Positions 51,452-64,000 of a DNA stretch of 64,000 nt are shown here, piece by piece. Where the stretch lies: the NCBI GenBank assembly GCA_012295275.1, contig CM022678.1, positions 16,864,001-16,928,000 of the forward strand. The letters run 5' to 3'. This stretch comes from Chrysomallon squamiferum (Eukaryota > Animalia > Mollusca). A program made the translations under genes and the position numbers. The notes beneath the pieces are model-generated. The model was not told the DNA's origin. It saw only the letters and a program-made list of their open reading frames with translations, and did no database searches. Position 1 is the stretch's first letter; each line of letters starts with the position of its first letter.

Positions 51452-54400
51452 GGACTTTAGAGGTTTTCATATCGCCCTCACTTCCAAAATTCATTCATAA
51501 GTTACAACACACAATGTTTTAAAACAATTGAAGTCCTGAGTAATGTTTGATAAACTTACATTTAGTCTTCTGAAAGTCTACAGCACGAATTTAGAAGGAG
51601 AAATATAAAAAAGTGATGATGTAAATATTGAATTTAATGCAAAAGGAAAACATTCAAGTAAAGTCCTTTTCAAAAAATGTTTCTTAATAAAAATATATTT
51701 CTCAACAAAAAATAGTGTTGTACAGAATGCAGCAAAACAGTTTTTAACAATTTATGATTTTGCAATGTGCTTTAAGGCACACTGCGCCGTCAAAGCTAAT
51801 ATATTTAATGAGATTGTTGACTTTGGTGCTTACAGCCTAATTCCTTCACCCTCGGGTAAATGCTACTTAGAAGTAATCTTAAATCTCCTCTTTTAATGAT
51901 TTGCAGGCGATTTCTTTGTTTTGTGAGAAGCTTAGTGACTGCACTAAATCCGCGTTCAGCCATATATGAAGTTGGGAAAGCTATGAAATAAAGCTTAATT
52001 GGTTCTCACAACTTGGGATATCTTCCAGGAATTTCTTTTTGTAACCAAAATTGTTGGTATGATTGTTCGAAGAGAGGCTTGAATTCGAAGTCGTTTTTTT
52101 AGAGCAATCAACTCTTCTTGTATTTCAAGATCGGTTTCATTTACACAAACGTCTGTAAATGGATTCAGAAACCAGTCTGGTATTTCCATATTTGTAAGAT
52201 CTTGGTATCTACAGCTCATGTCCTTGTCCAATGTTTCCAAATGATCACAATAAATCAAGAGGTCGCCTTCCAGTTTGGAGTGATCAGACTCATCATTCTC
52301 TAGTTCATTAAGTTTTGGAAACTGGGACAGATTCCGACGGCCATTATTATTCTTGAAGAAGGCCAGCTTGTCCAAGAATGTACAAATATTAGATTTTGCT
52401 TGGATAAGATTTAGCTCACTGCCTTGCAATTGCAAATTGATATCGCTGAATATGGTGAATAGATCTGTTAAACAGGCAAAGTCTGTTTTGTTTGCTAAAA
52501 GATAATCAATCAAATGATTACATTTATTTTCCTGGAGAAATTGCACTATGCTGTTGAAAAGAGAATAAAATCGTTTTAAACAGTTTCCTTTGGATAACCA
52601 CCTCACTTCAGTATGTAATAGAAGGCGATCAAATTCTTCATCGTTGTTGTTACAGAGTTGTCGAAACATTCGGGAACTGAGGGGTTGACACTTTATTTTA
52701 TTTACTGCCTTAATAACAACATCAAGAGATTTATGAAGCTGATCACTTAAGTTCCTGGCAACCAGATGTTACCGATGAATTACGCAATGTATTGTAAAAA
52801 CACTGGGTACAGCTTTCTTTAAAAATGCAAGAAAACCTTTGTACTGACCTGTTAATGCAGGAGCGCCGTCTGTCGCGCAAGCAATAATATTGCTCATTGG
52901 GATATCTTTTTTCTTTGAAGAACAGCTCAACTACAGTAAAATAGATTCAGCTCGAGTCTCCGTTTCAAGTTCCTTTGCAAACAGCAGTTCTTGCACAACA
53001 TTCTTTTCTTTAATAAAACGAGCATATCCCAAAAGTAGAGCTTCATTGCCTGGTAGTGCAGATTCATCCAGTTGTTGACTTTTAAGTGTGTCACATAATA
53101 TTTCTTCAATATGCGCTGCCATTTCGTCAACTCTTCTTTGTACAGATTTATTACTAAGTGGAATTGCTTTGATAATTGCACTTGGTGAATCGTGGTGTAC
53201 TACTGTACGTAAGACTTCCTTCATAGCTGGCAAAATCAGTTGCTCTCCAATTGTATGAGGTTTCCTTTGCTAGGAATCATTTTGGAGATATTGTATGAAC
53301 AAATAAGACCATCGTCGCTTTTTCGTGATTGTTTTGCCGCAAGGGAAACGATGGTGTTTCTGTTGCGAAATTTGTCTCGTAACGTTTGAAAGTATGACAA
53401 ATGATCTTTCTCTTTGTCAGGATGCATCTTTTTAAAGTGCTCGGAAAGCCTGGATGGTTTCATCGCCTTGTTGAGAGCACTTTCTCACAAAGAAGACACA
53501 TCGGTCGTTGCTTATTATTTGGAGAACTAATAAATCCAAACTTCAGATATTCAACACTATTTTGTCTGCACTTTCGTTTTGATGAGCTATGAGTCATGAT
53601 TATGGGTAGTTAAATACATTCACTGAAAATAAGCAAAAATAGTTAGAAGCAAACAAAGAATTTCACCATAGCAATTTAAATAAGCATGTCTAATTTGAAC
53701 TAAACGTTTTATTAACAATTTTTTTTATAAACAATGTATTTTTGATTATTAGAAACAGAAAAATTATAATAAGGATAAGTTAATTAAATGATTGTAAGCA
53801 ACCTTTGCAGTTGTTGTTTTCCAAATAACTCGACAGTTTCACAATAACTGTAACCGACTGCTTACTTGCAAGCAATAACCTTCGAACTAAAATTTACTCT
53901 GGAAACACGCCAAATTCATTAAAACGTCAAATTCATTAAAACGTACCAAATATATTTTTAACTTATGAAAGACTAAAACAAAGTTAAAATAATTAAATTG
54001 CATTTTAGTTTTCACTTTGCAACTCATTTATGAGATTTCAATTTGAAGAATTAACTGTACCAGCATTGACACCCACTCTGTAGTCACAGACCAGTAAGAT
54101 CACACGTACCAACTTCTGCTAAAAACATATATTATCACGCATAAATCAATCATTCAATGACCTAATATACACAATTGTTCGTTTTATCATTTTTATGTTC
54201 GAAACTTTCATTCGAATCCCATCCTAATCGCCAATTTTGCATATAAATATGAGCAGGGTAATAAAAAACACTTGTCACTATCACGGCCGCGTAAGAACTG
54301 ACCATGGACAATTCCCTTGGAACTGACTGAGCTGCAGTCAACAAGTTCACGCGTTCATACAGCGAGATTGTTGTGTTCACGCAACAACATTAGCGAGCAA

Positions 54401-54653
54401 TTGGGACAATATACAAGCTTAAATTTTACTTTTTATAGTACTGCTTGTTACTATTCTTGTGTGAACAATTTATAGAATTGTAGCTTATAGTGTATTTTAC
54501 AAAGTAATATTTAAATTTGTGATACGATGTATTTTAGATAACGCCCCCTTATGTGCGTTCGGCGCCCCCCAAATGAAGAAAAGACTCACAACGCCCCCTT
54601 GTAACTCACCAACGCCCACAAGGGGGCGTTATCGCCCACGTTGGGAATCCCTG
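51452..54653 (-). mobile_element. hAT transposon, Buster/Charlie (ZBED5/SCAND3-like) family, decayed
   Basis: Transposase ~53597 to 51805: BED finger (PMCLLC...MKPSRLSEHFKKMHP), LLLHTEVRWLSKG, FPTSYMAERGFS, RNRLQIIKRGDLRL; frameshifted. TIR GTTGGGAATCCCTG then CTCTAGGA. Confidence 0.92.
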
Positions 54654-54746
54654 CTCTAGGACATCCATTCTAAATATAGACTAGCGTCAGTGTTAAATAC
54701 GGGTAACATTTCTATTTTTAGAATTTAGCTATTCCCATCACCTACC

Positions 54747-54760
54747 AGGAAACAGAAACT
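54747..54760 (+). promoter_or_regulatory. ISRE-like element, gene start 6
   Basis: AGGAAACAGAAACT. Confidence 0.58.
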
Positions 54761-54983
54761 GCAGATAGTGTAAGAACGACACGACATTCTAGAATTTTAG
54801 TGGGAAAATATCAGTATTTTTGTTTGTTTTATCTTCTCTTTTCTTCGTCTAAAGTATCTAACGTGTTAAGATAGTGTGTTACGTATAGAAGAACAGATAC
54901 TGGAAACTCGAATAACTTTCTCGCTCACGAATTTACAAGAACATTGAGATACCCGATTCGTAATGACGGAAGTTGAATTAAAA

Positions 54984-55026
54984 ATGTCCACGATAATAAT
55001 TATACTGTTAGTTTTATCGCAGACAG
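54984..55026 (+). CDS. Signal-peptide exon of a further copy (orphan: no ShK exon before the next promoter)
   Basis: MSTIIIILLVLSQT then G|GTAAGT, 43 nt. Confidence 0.75.
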
Positions 55027-55700
55027 GTAAGTGTGTTTGAATTCGTTAAAATTGAACTTCAGTCTGCGCACGTGTGTTGTGTTTGTATGTGAGGTGTGTG
55101 ACTGTGTGTGAGCGTATGTGTATTCCCTTGTGTTTGTGTGTACGCTCGTGCTTGTGTGTATGAGACCGCGCCTGCTTGTGTGTATGTGTGTATGCACTGC
55201 TTGTGTTTTTTTCTGAATTATTTAAGAAACGTTTAATTTTTAGCCCACATAAAATAACTTAACTGATTTGTGTTGTGCTCATAATAACGAGACACTCTAA
55301 TGAGAAAACTTGGACAAGGAAACTTTGGATTGAGATAATTAATTCGTAAAGTTGGTAGTTAAGTACAAATCTACATTCAAAACAATTTATAATACATCTA
55401 TATATATTTTACATTTTGTATTTAAAAAATATAATATATATCAATATCTGTATCTATATATTTATATATATGCATTTCTGATTATGAAAACACAATTATC
55501 CGTCATCAGGATCTTTAAACATACATATAGCAATAGAATATATTTCCCGTGATTTGAGATCCGAAATCAAATAATTTAAATATATAGAGTTTTTCTACTT
55601 GTTTTTCCTGTTATGTTTATATAATTTATTATTTTTTATCGTCATTATATATATTTTTTAATTATTTTTATTTACATTTCTTTTATAATAATAATAGCAA

Positions 55701-55774
<74 letters not shown>

Positions 55775-56743
55775 ATGTCTAAGATATTCCAATGTGCCTG
55801 TATAAGTAGTCCGTCATACTGGTTTGAAATATTTTTATTGACTTTTCAACGCTTTATTTAGTTTCTGTTTGAGCAGTGATTTGAATAAAAATTGAAGCTA
55901 AATAAACTACGCAGTCAAACACTAAACACTCACCCGCCTTATGTGTGTACTCGCGTGCTTTTGTTTCTTTCTGAATTAGATGTATTTAATGTTTAGACCA
56001 CGTAAAATAAAATAGTTCAATTTTATTGTGTTAAAAATAACCGGGAACCCTAATGAGAAAACTGTGACAGGGAAACATAATATTAAAATCATTAAATTGT
56101 AAACTTGGTAGTGTACCAGCCTCAAAACATTGTCACGCACCCAAAGTTTATCACCAAATAGAATTTAGAGAATACAATCATAAATGTTTGTTCATTTATG
56201 CAAAATGTATGTTTGATAATTACAATGAACGTTGCGTTAAGCATAGTGATTCGGGATTCTTTAGTTAACAACTTAATATCAACTATTTCTGTAGTACTTG
56301 AAGAAGTCAGTTATGGAGATCAATGTAGAATTTAAAACACATATGCTTTTCTGCAATCAGGACAAAAATTTCCATTTTATTATCGACATAATGTATAAAT
56401 TTAGTCATTTGTATGATAATCCTTAATAAATCCTTCTTGAATCGTAAATCGTATATCATTTCAATGTACAACTTTAATTACTTATTTAACACAGAAGTAA
56501 AAATAAATGTAATAGGTCTTTAATTTTCCCCCTCTCCAGTCAATTTAATCTTAACTAACAAGACTGAGTACAGTTTAAAAATATCTACCCGATGTCTTTA
56601 TACCGGTATCCATGACCTCATCACGAGAAAAGGAAATATTTTCCGGCGTTAAACGACTTATATTCTAAATATAGACATGTGTCATTGTACAAATATGAAA
56701 AACATGTTTGTTTTTAAATACGATCTATTCGCCATGGCGGACA

Positions 56744-56914
56744 AGGAAACTGAAACTATAGATAGGGGCCGAAGCGACTATAAACGACATTCGTTATAGA
56801 AGTTTTGCAAAAGTTTAAGTAATTTGTGTCATTTTATTTTTCTTCCTGAAAAGTATTTGAAATATCCGATTCATGCAGATGGAATCTTAATTAAAAATGT
56901 CCCAGTAATAATTC
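56744..56914 (+). promoter_or_regulatory. Divergent promoter (ISRE 56744-56757) and start of a signal exon running into the gap
   Basis: AGGAAACTGAAACT, then TTAAAAATGTCCCAGTAATAATTC at 56891-56914, one C short relative to the other copies. Confidence 0.6.
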
Positions 56915-57114
56915 NNNNNNNNNNNNNNNNNNNNNNNNNNNNNNNNNNNNNNNNNNNNNNNNNNNNNNNNNNNNNNNNNNNNNNNNNNNNNNNNNNNNNN
57001 NNNNNNNNNNNNNNNNNNNNNNNNNNNNNNNNNNNNNNNNNNNNNNNNNNNNNNNNNNNNNNNNNNNNNNNNNNNNNNNNNNNNNNNNNNNNNNNNNNNN
57101 NNNNNNNNNNNNNN
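56915..57114. other. Assembly gap (200 N)
   Basis: N run between a gene start and a 3'-flank sequence, so a whole gene copy may be hidden. Confidence 0.99.
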
Positions 57115-57880
57115 TTGAGCTGTTAGAGGAAAAAATAATACCTGTAACATTTAGAATGGCAAGTTTTACTTCCAAATTACAATTGGGTTGCAATTAACTA
57201 TATATAATTCATTAATTTGCGATATCAAATACATTTTATCATTTATATTGTATGAAATCGTCCCAAATTTAAACAGAATAAACAAACAAGTCATGTATCA
57301 GTGTCATTATTCACAGAATCACCAGTAATAACATGGCTTTAACTAGACTGTTTTTGAAAGGAGGCTAAAACACTTAATCCCCGCATGGAGCTGGTCAGTA
57401 AGACTTGGGGGAGGGGACTGGGGACCGTCTGACTCCCCCAGAAGCTCCAACTTGACGGACGCAAAATCCTCGACTCTAGCTATTTCCTGGCATTCTTTTC
57501 CTGGTTCAATAATTATAACCTTTTATGATTTAATTTTCGTATTTTCTAGTTTACCAGGCAAAACGGAGTATTTCGAAATCCATGTACCCAAGAACTGCAC
57601 TAAACTAACAACAAAAGAAATAAAAGCAATTCCATTAATGTTTCTGGCAGCACTTAAGAATAAATGTATCGGAATATAGATTTATATTTTATATATTATA
57701 AATAAAATGTTTTTTATAAAAAAAAAAATAAACACTCACATTTATGTTGATTCTTTAAGCTATTAATGGAAAAGTTAATACCTGTAACACTTAAAACGGC
57801 GAGTTTTACTTCTTTCACATCAAAGTTATTTTCTTTTCACTGGTATCACTTTTGTAACTAAATTTAAAATAATTGCGGGC

Positions 57881-57949
<69 letters not shown>

Positions 57950-58346
57950 GACACACACAGGAACACACACAAACAACCAGTAAGAGTAAATAAAAATAAG
58001 CGATAAATAAAAATTAAACAATTCTTAGTAAATACACATTGTTTTCTTCTAAAATACAATTTCCTTAATGTGTGTGAGTGAATGTATGCGTCTATATATA
58101 ATTATTTCTCAGTGAATGTATGTATGTATGTGTGAAGACATAAAAACATACATACATACATACATATGTCTGTGTGTATGTGTGTGTATATATATGTATA
58201 TATATATATACCTACACACATACATACATACACAGACCTACATACACACACACACACACCACACACACACACACACACATAGGCTTATATATGTTTGAAT
58301 GTATGAAACAGTGTATGTACTTTCCTACGCACGTACAACTTAAATA

Positions 58347-59067
58347 GAACTGTACCTCGACTTACGAGGGCCCAACCTAAGCCTTTCTCGATATTCGAGC
58401 TGTTGCTTGGTCGATTTTTTGCTTTGAGTTAGAAGCCAAAATCAGATTTAAGAACGAGCTTCAGAAACAACGCCGTTAGTTGGCGTAACGAACAACACAA
58501 CATCCGGCCAGCGTCCGCTGTCTCACTCGTTTATGTCACGTGGTTACCTGGTCGTGGAAGCATCTGTTGCGCTGTGTTCTCGTTGTGTCCAATATTTTGC
58601 TAAATTTCTTTTTCCTGACCATGCATCGTAAGAAATTCAGTGATGGGAAGAGAAAGCTGATGATGTCCATTGAATTAAAGCTTGAAATCATAGAGAAGTA
58701 TGAGCGACGTGTGCATCTTGCGCTAGGCAGTATGAGCATAGTTCCATGCTGAACCAGAAAGAGTCGATAAAGGCTGTACACCAAAGGCGTCAAAATAATT
58801 TGACTTATCTCCAAGGTGCATTCACTTTGCGAAATCAATGTATTTGTTTATATTCTCCTTTATTATGTTTTCATACAATACTTGTAATTTATAAATACAT
58901 TTTTCTGATTTAAAAACTCTTTACCAAAATATGGGGTGGTTTGGGGGGTTTGGGATTAATAGTTATTTCAGTTAACTTCATGTGGGAAAATTCATTTCAT
59001 ATACGTTCAAACTGATTTACCAGCTCGGTCACGGAACTAATTAAACTCGTAAGTCAACGTACAACTG
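58347..59067 (+). mobile_element. Tigger/pogo internal-deletion derivative, second copy
   Basis: TA|GAACTGTACCTCGACTTACGAG...CTCGTAAGTCAACGTACAACTG|TA; HTH remnant MSIELKLEIIEKYERR. Confidence 0.82.
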
Positions 59068-59085
59068 TATTTCCAGTCTGTAGGA

Positions 59086-62000
59086 CAGTGTTTCCCAACC
59101 TTTTTTCCCAACCTTGGACTGTAGAGGTTTTCATATCGCCCTCACTTCCAAAATTCATTCATAAGTTACAACACAGAATGTTTTAAAACAAATGAAGTCC
59201 TGAGTAATGTTTGATAAACTTACATTTAGTCTTCTGAAAGTCTACAGCACGAATTTAGAAGGACAAATATAAAAAAAAAATGTTCATGTAAATATTGTAT
59301 TTAATGCAAAAATAAAACATTCAAGTACGTCCGTTTCAAAAAATATTTCTTAATAAAAATATATTTCTCAATAAAAAATAGTGCTACAGGATCCACCAAA
59401 ACAGTTTTTAACAATTTATGTTTTGCAATGTGCTTTAAGGCACACTGCGCCGTCAAAGATAATATATTTAATGAGATTGTTGAATTTGGTGCTTACAGGC
59501 TAATTCCTTCACCCTCGGGTAAATGTTACTTAGAAGTAATCTTAAATCTCCTCTTTTAATGATTTGCAGGCGATTTCTTTGTTTTGTGAGAAGCTGAGTG
59601 ACTACACTAAATCCGCGTTCAGCCATATATGAAGTTGGGGAAGCTATGAAATAAACCGTAATTGCTTCCCACAACTTAGGATACCTTCCAGGAATTTCTT
59701 TTTGTAACAAAAATGTTTGGTGTGATTGTTTGAAGAGAGGCTTGAATTCGAAGTCGTTTTTTAGAGCAGTCAACTCTTCTTCTATTTCAAGATCGGTTTC
59801 ATTTACACAAGCATCTGTAAATGGATTCAGAAACCAGACTGGTATTTCCATATTTGTAAGATCTTGGTATCTACAGCTCATATCCTTGTGCAATGTTTCC
59901 AAATGATCACAATAAATCAAGAGGTCGTCTTCCACTTTCGAGTTATCAGACTCATTATTTTCTAGTTCATTAAGTTTTGGAAACTGAGACGGCCAATATT
60001 ATTCTTGAAGAAGGCCAGCTTGTCCAAGAATGTACAAATCTTAGATTTTGAGTGGGTAAGATTTAGATCACTGCCTTGCAATTGCAAATTGTGATCGTTG
60101 AATATGGTGAATAGATCTGTTAAATAGGCAATGTCTGTTTTGTTTGCTAAAAGATAATCACTCAAATGATTACATTTATTTTCCTGGAGAAATTACACTA
60201 CGCTGTTGAAAATAAAATAAAATCGTTTGAAACAGTTTCCTTTGGGTAACCACCTCACTTCTGTATGTAATAGAAAGCGATCAAATTCTTCATCGTTGTT
60301 GTTACAGAGTTGTCGAAACATTCGGGAACTGAGGGGTTGACACTTTATTTTATTTACTGCCTTAATAACAACATCAAGGCATTCATGAAGCTGATCACTT
60401 AAGTTCCAACAAAGCAGATTTCGAGTTCCAATGTATTTAAAAAACTGGGGCAGAAAACCTTTTCTGTTAATGCAGGAGCGCCGTCTGTCGACAATTATTT
60501 TCTTTGGGATATCTTTTTTCTTTGAAAACAGAGCATAACCCGGTAAAATAGATCGCTCGAGTCTCCGTTTCGTTCCTGGTAAACAGCAGGTTCATTCTTT
60601 TCCTTTAGTTGCATATCCCAAAAAGCAAATTACCTTGCAGATTCATCCAGTTTTAAACCAAATTGTTGACTTTTAAGTGTGTCACATAATATTTCTTCAA
60701 TATGCGCTGCCATTTCGTCAACTCTTCTTTGTACAGATTTATTACTAAGTGGAATTGCACTTGGTGAATCGTGGTGTAGTACTGTAGGTAAGACCTCCTT
60801 CATAGCTGCCAAAATCAATTGATCTCCAATTGTATGAGGTAACCTTTGCTAGCAATCATTTTGGAGATATTGTATGAACAAATAAGACCATCGTCGCTTT
60901 TTCGTGATTGTTTTGCCACAAGGGAAACGATGGTGTTTCTGTTTGCGAAATGTGTCTCGTAACGTTTGAAAGTATGACAAATTCTCTTTCTCTTTGTCAG
61001 GATGCATCTTTTTAAAGTGCTCGGAAAGCCTGGATGGTTTCATCGCCTTGTTGAGAGCACTTTCTCACAAAGCAGGCACATCGGTCGTTGCTTATTATTT
61101 GGAGAACTAATAAATCCATACTTCAGATATTCAACACTATTTTGTCTGCACTTTCGTTTTGATGAGCTATCAGTCATGATTATGGGTTGTTAAATACATT
61201 CACTGAAAATAAGTAAACTAGTTAGAGGCAAACAAAGAATTTCACCATAGCTATTTAAATAAGCATCTCTAATTCGAACTAAACGTTTTATTAACAATTT
61301 CTTTTTATGTGAACTATGTATTTTTGATTATTAGAAACAGAATAATTATAATAAGGATAAGTTAATTAAATGATTGTAAGCAACCTTTGCAGTTGTTGTT
61401 TTCCAACTAATTCGACAGTTTCACAATAACTGTAACCGACTGCTAACTTGCAAGCAATAACCTTCGAACTACAATTTACTCTGGAAACACGCCAAACTGA
61501 TTAAAACGCCAAATTCATTAAAACGTACCAAATATATGTTTAACTTATGAAAGACTAAAACAAAGTTAAAATAATTAAATTGTATTTTAGTTTTCACTTT
61601 GGAACTCATTTATGGGATTTCAATTTGAAGAATTAACTGTACCAGCATTGACACCCACTCCGTAGTCACAGACCAGTAAGATCACACATACCAACATTGG
61701 CTAAAAACATATATTATCACACATAAATCAATCATTCAATGACCTAATATACACAATTGTTCATTTTATCACTTTTATGTTCGAAACTTCCATTCGAATC
61801 CCATCCTAATCGCCAATTTTGCATATGAATATGAGCAGGGTAATAAAAAACACTTGTCACTATCACGGCCGCATAAGAACTGACCATGGACAATTCCCTT
61901 GGAACTGACTGAGCTGCAGTCGACAAGTTCACGCGTTCATACAGCGAGATTGTTGTGTTCACGCAACAACATTAGCTATCAAAAGGGACAGTATACAAGC

Positions 62001-62236
62001 TTAAATTTTCCTTTTTATAGTACTGCTTGTTACTATTCTTGTGTGAACAATTTACAGAATTGTAGCTTATAGTGTATTTTACATAGTAATATTTAAATTT
62101 GTGATACGATGTGTTTTAGATAAGCACGTTGGGAATCCCTGCGTTCTAGGACATCCAAATGAAGAAAAGACTCGCAACGTCAGTGTTAAACTCACCGGGT
62201 AACAAGGGGTCGTTATCGCCCTTTTGGGAATCCCTG
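59086..62236 (-). mobile_element. hAT Buster/Charlie transposon with both ends, decayed
   Basis: TIRs CAGTGTTTCCCAACC and TTGGGAATCCCTG; degenerate 8-bp TSD CTGTAGGA/CTCAAGGA; disrupted transposase ~61177 to 59468. Confidence 0.92.
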
Positions 62237-62327
62237 CTCAAGGACATCCATTCTAAATATATTAGCGTTAGTGTTAAATACGGGTAACATGTCTATTTTT
62301 AGTACCTAGCTATTCCCGTGACCTACC

Positions 62328-62341
62328 AGGAAACAGAAACT
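62328..62341 (+). promoter_or_regulatory. ISRE-like element, gene start 8
   Basis: AGGAAACAGAAACT. Confidence 0.58.
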
Positions 62342-62564
62342 GAAGATTGGGTAAGAACGACACGACATTCTAGAATTTTAGTGGGAAAATATCAGTATTT
62401 TTGTTTGTTTTATCTTCTCGTTTGTTCGTCTAAAGTATTTAACATGTTAAGATAGTGTGTTACGCATAGAAGAACAGATACTAGAAAATCGAATAACTTT
62501 CTCGCTCACGAATTTACAACAACATTGAGATAAACGATTCGTAATGACGGAAGTTGAATTAAAA

Positions 62565-62607
62565 ATGTCCCCGGTGATAATTCTACTGTTAGTTTTATCG
62601 CAGACAG
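62565..62607 (+). CDS. Signal-peptide exon of the next copy (gene continues beyond the window)
   Basis: MSPVIILLLVLSQT then G|GTAAAT; intron 1 sequence homologous to 7700-8460 runs to the window end. Confidence 0.8.
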
Positions 62608-64000
62608 GTAAATGTGTTTGAATTTGTTAAAATTGAGCTTCAGTCTCTGCACGTGTATTGTGTTTGTATGTGAGGTGTGTGATTGTGTGTGAGCGTATGT
62701 GTATGCCATTGTGTTTGTGTGTACGCTCGTGATTGTGTGCATGTGAGCGCGCGTGCTTGTGTGTATGTGTGTGATCGTGCTTGTGTGTCTGTGTACGCAC
62801 TGCTTGTGTTTCTTTCTGAATTATTTAAGAAACGTTTAATGCTTAGCCCACACAAAATAACTTAACTGATTTGTGTTAATAACGAGACACTCTAATAAGA
62901 AAACTTGGATGAGAAAACGTTGGATTGAGATAATTAATTCGTAAACTTGGTAGTTAACTATAAATCTACATTCAAAACAATTTATAATACATGTATATAT
63001 ATTTTACATTTTGTATTTAAAAAATATAATATATATTAATATCTGTATCTATATATTTATATATATGTATATCTGATTATGAAAACACAATTATCGGTCA
63101 TCAGGATCTTTAAACATACATATAGCTGTAGAATTTATTTACAGTGATTTGTGTTCCTAAATTAAATAATTTAAATATATATATATATATTTTTTTTTAC
63201 CTTGTTCTACCTTTTACTTTTTATATAATTTATTATTTTTTATCGTCATATTATATCTGTTTTATTTACATTTCTTTATAATAATAAGACAAATTAATAT
63301 ATATATATATATATATATATTGTATGTCTAAGATATTCTAATGTGCCTGTATAAGTAGTCCGTCATACTGGTTTGAAATATTTTTACTGACTTTTCAACG
63401 CTTTATTTAGTTTCTGTTTGAGCAGCGATCTGAATAAAAACTGCTCTAATGTAAAATGTTAAGTCGTGTCTTTGTGTTTACTGCATGAATGTTATCTCGT
63501 ATTGCGAACCAGAGAGATTGATTTCAGTCAGAACTGTCTGGGTAGTAGCCTGCACCTCGTTATGGTTCACCTGTTTTGTTTCAACCTTTTAATCTGATCG
63601 TGTTATTCTACAAGCATTCGTCCTATGAACAGATTCAACCAAACTATTTTCATAAACATATTTTTAGAAAGAGCAATATTTTAAATATAGTAAAACAGTG
63701 TGAAATTGAAGCTTAAAGCAACTACGCGGTCAAACACTTGTAGGAGCCTCTAAACACTCACCCGTCTCCAAACATTCTCCCAGGTTATGTAGGTCTATAC
63801 GTTTAAATAAAATGTAAAGCTTTTCAACAATAAAATTTAGTTGGTTTAAGCATAATTTTTTTGTATTTATACCGCATAAACGTTTGCACTCTGGCCTCCA
63901 TATGTGTACACTTTGTTATTTGTATAATAATCCTTGTTAAATCTGCTTGAACTTCGAATAAAAGCTCAAATACAATTTTAATCTATTATTTTACACAGTA

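Larger units (their letters stand above)
57115..63420 (+). repeat. Segmental duplicate of the intergenic/promoter unit ~49530-55880
   Basis: Same order of blocks: G-rich block, CA repeat, Tigger derivative, hAT, promoter, signal exon, intron 1. Confidence 0.9.

Overview
AT-rich, microsatellite-dense animal DNA (mollusc/cephalopod-like by composition; taxon is inference) with two 200-N gaps. The window is a head-to-tail (+ strand) tandem array of an intron-containing receptor gene reconstructed by eye: 43-nt signal-peptide exon, ShK-like 6-Cys exon, one ~1.1-1.2 kb exon of MEGF10/11-type EGF-like repeats, TM exon, polybasic juxtamembrane exon, acidic Tyr-rich exon, and a single classical protein tyrosine phosphatase (PTP) domain over 7 exons. 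Five gene bodies are visible (copy 4 intact in all visible exons, copy 2 nearly intact, copies 1, 3 and 5 disrupted), plus three more promoter/signal-exon starts. Notable features: a hypervariable membrane-distal tip, two endodomain classes (P-loop HCSAG with a YxxM motif versus IA-2-like HCSDG), a WMD loop in place of WPD, reciprocal ectodomain/endodomain chimeras, and an ISRE/IRF-type element in all five visible promoters. Together these suggest an inducible, diversifying invertebrate immune or recognition receptor cluster (inference). Decayed hAT-Buster, Tigger/pogo and Ginger/KRBA2-like transposons lie between copies. All coordinates and counts were read by eye; some lesions may be consensus errors.
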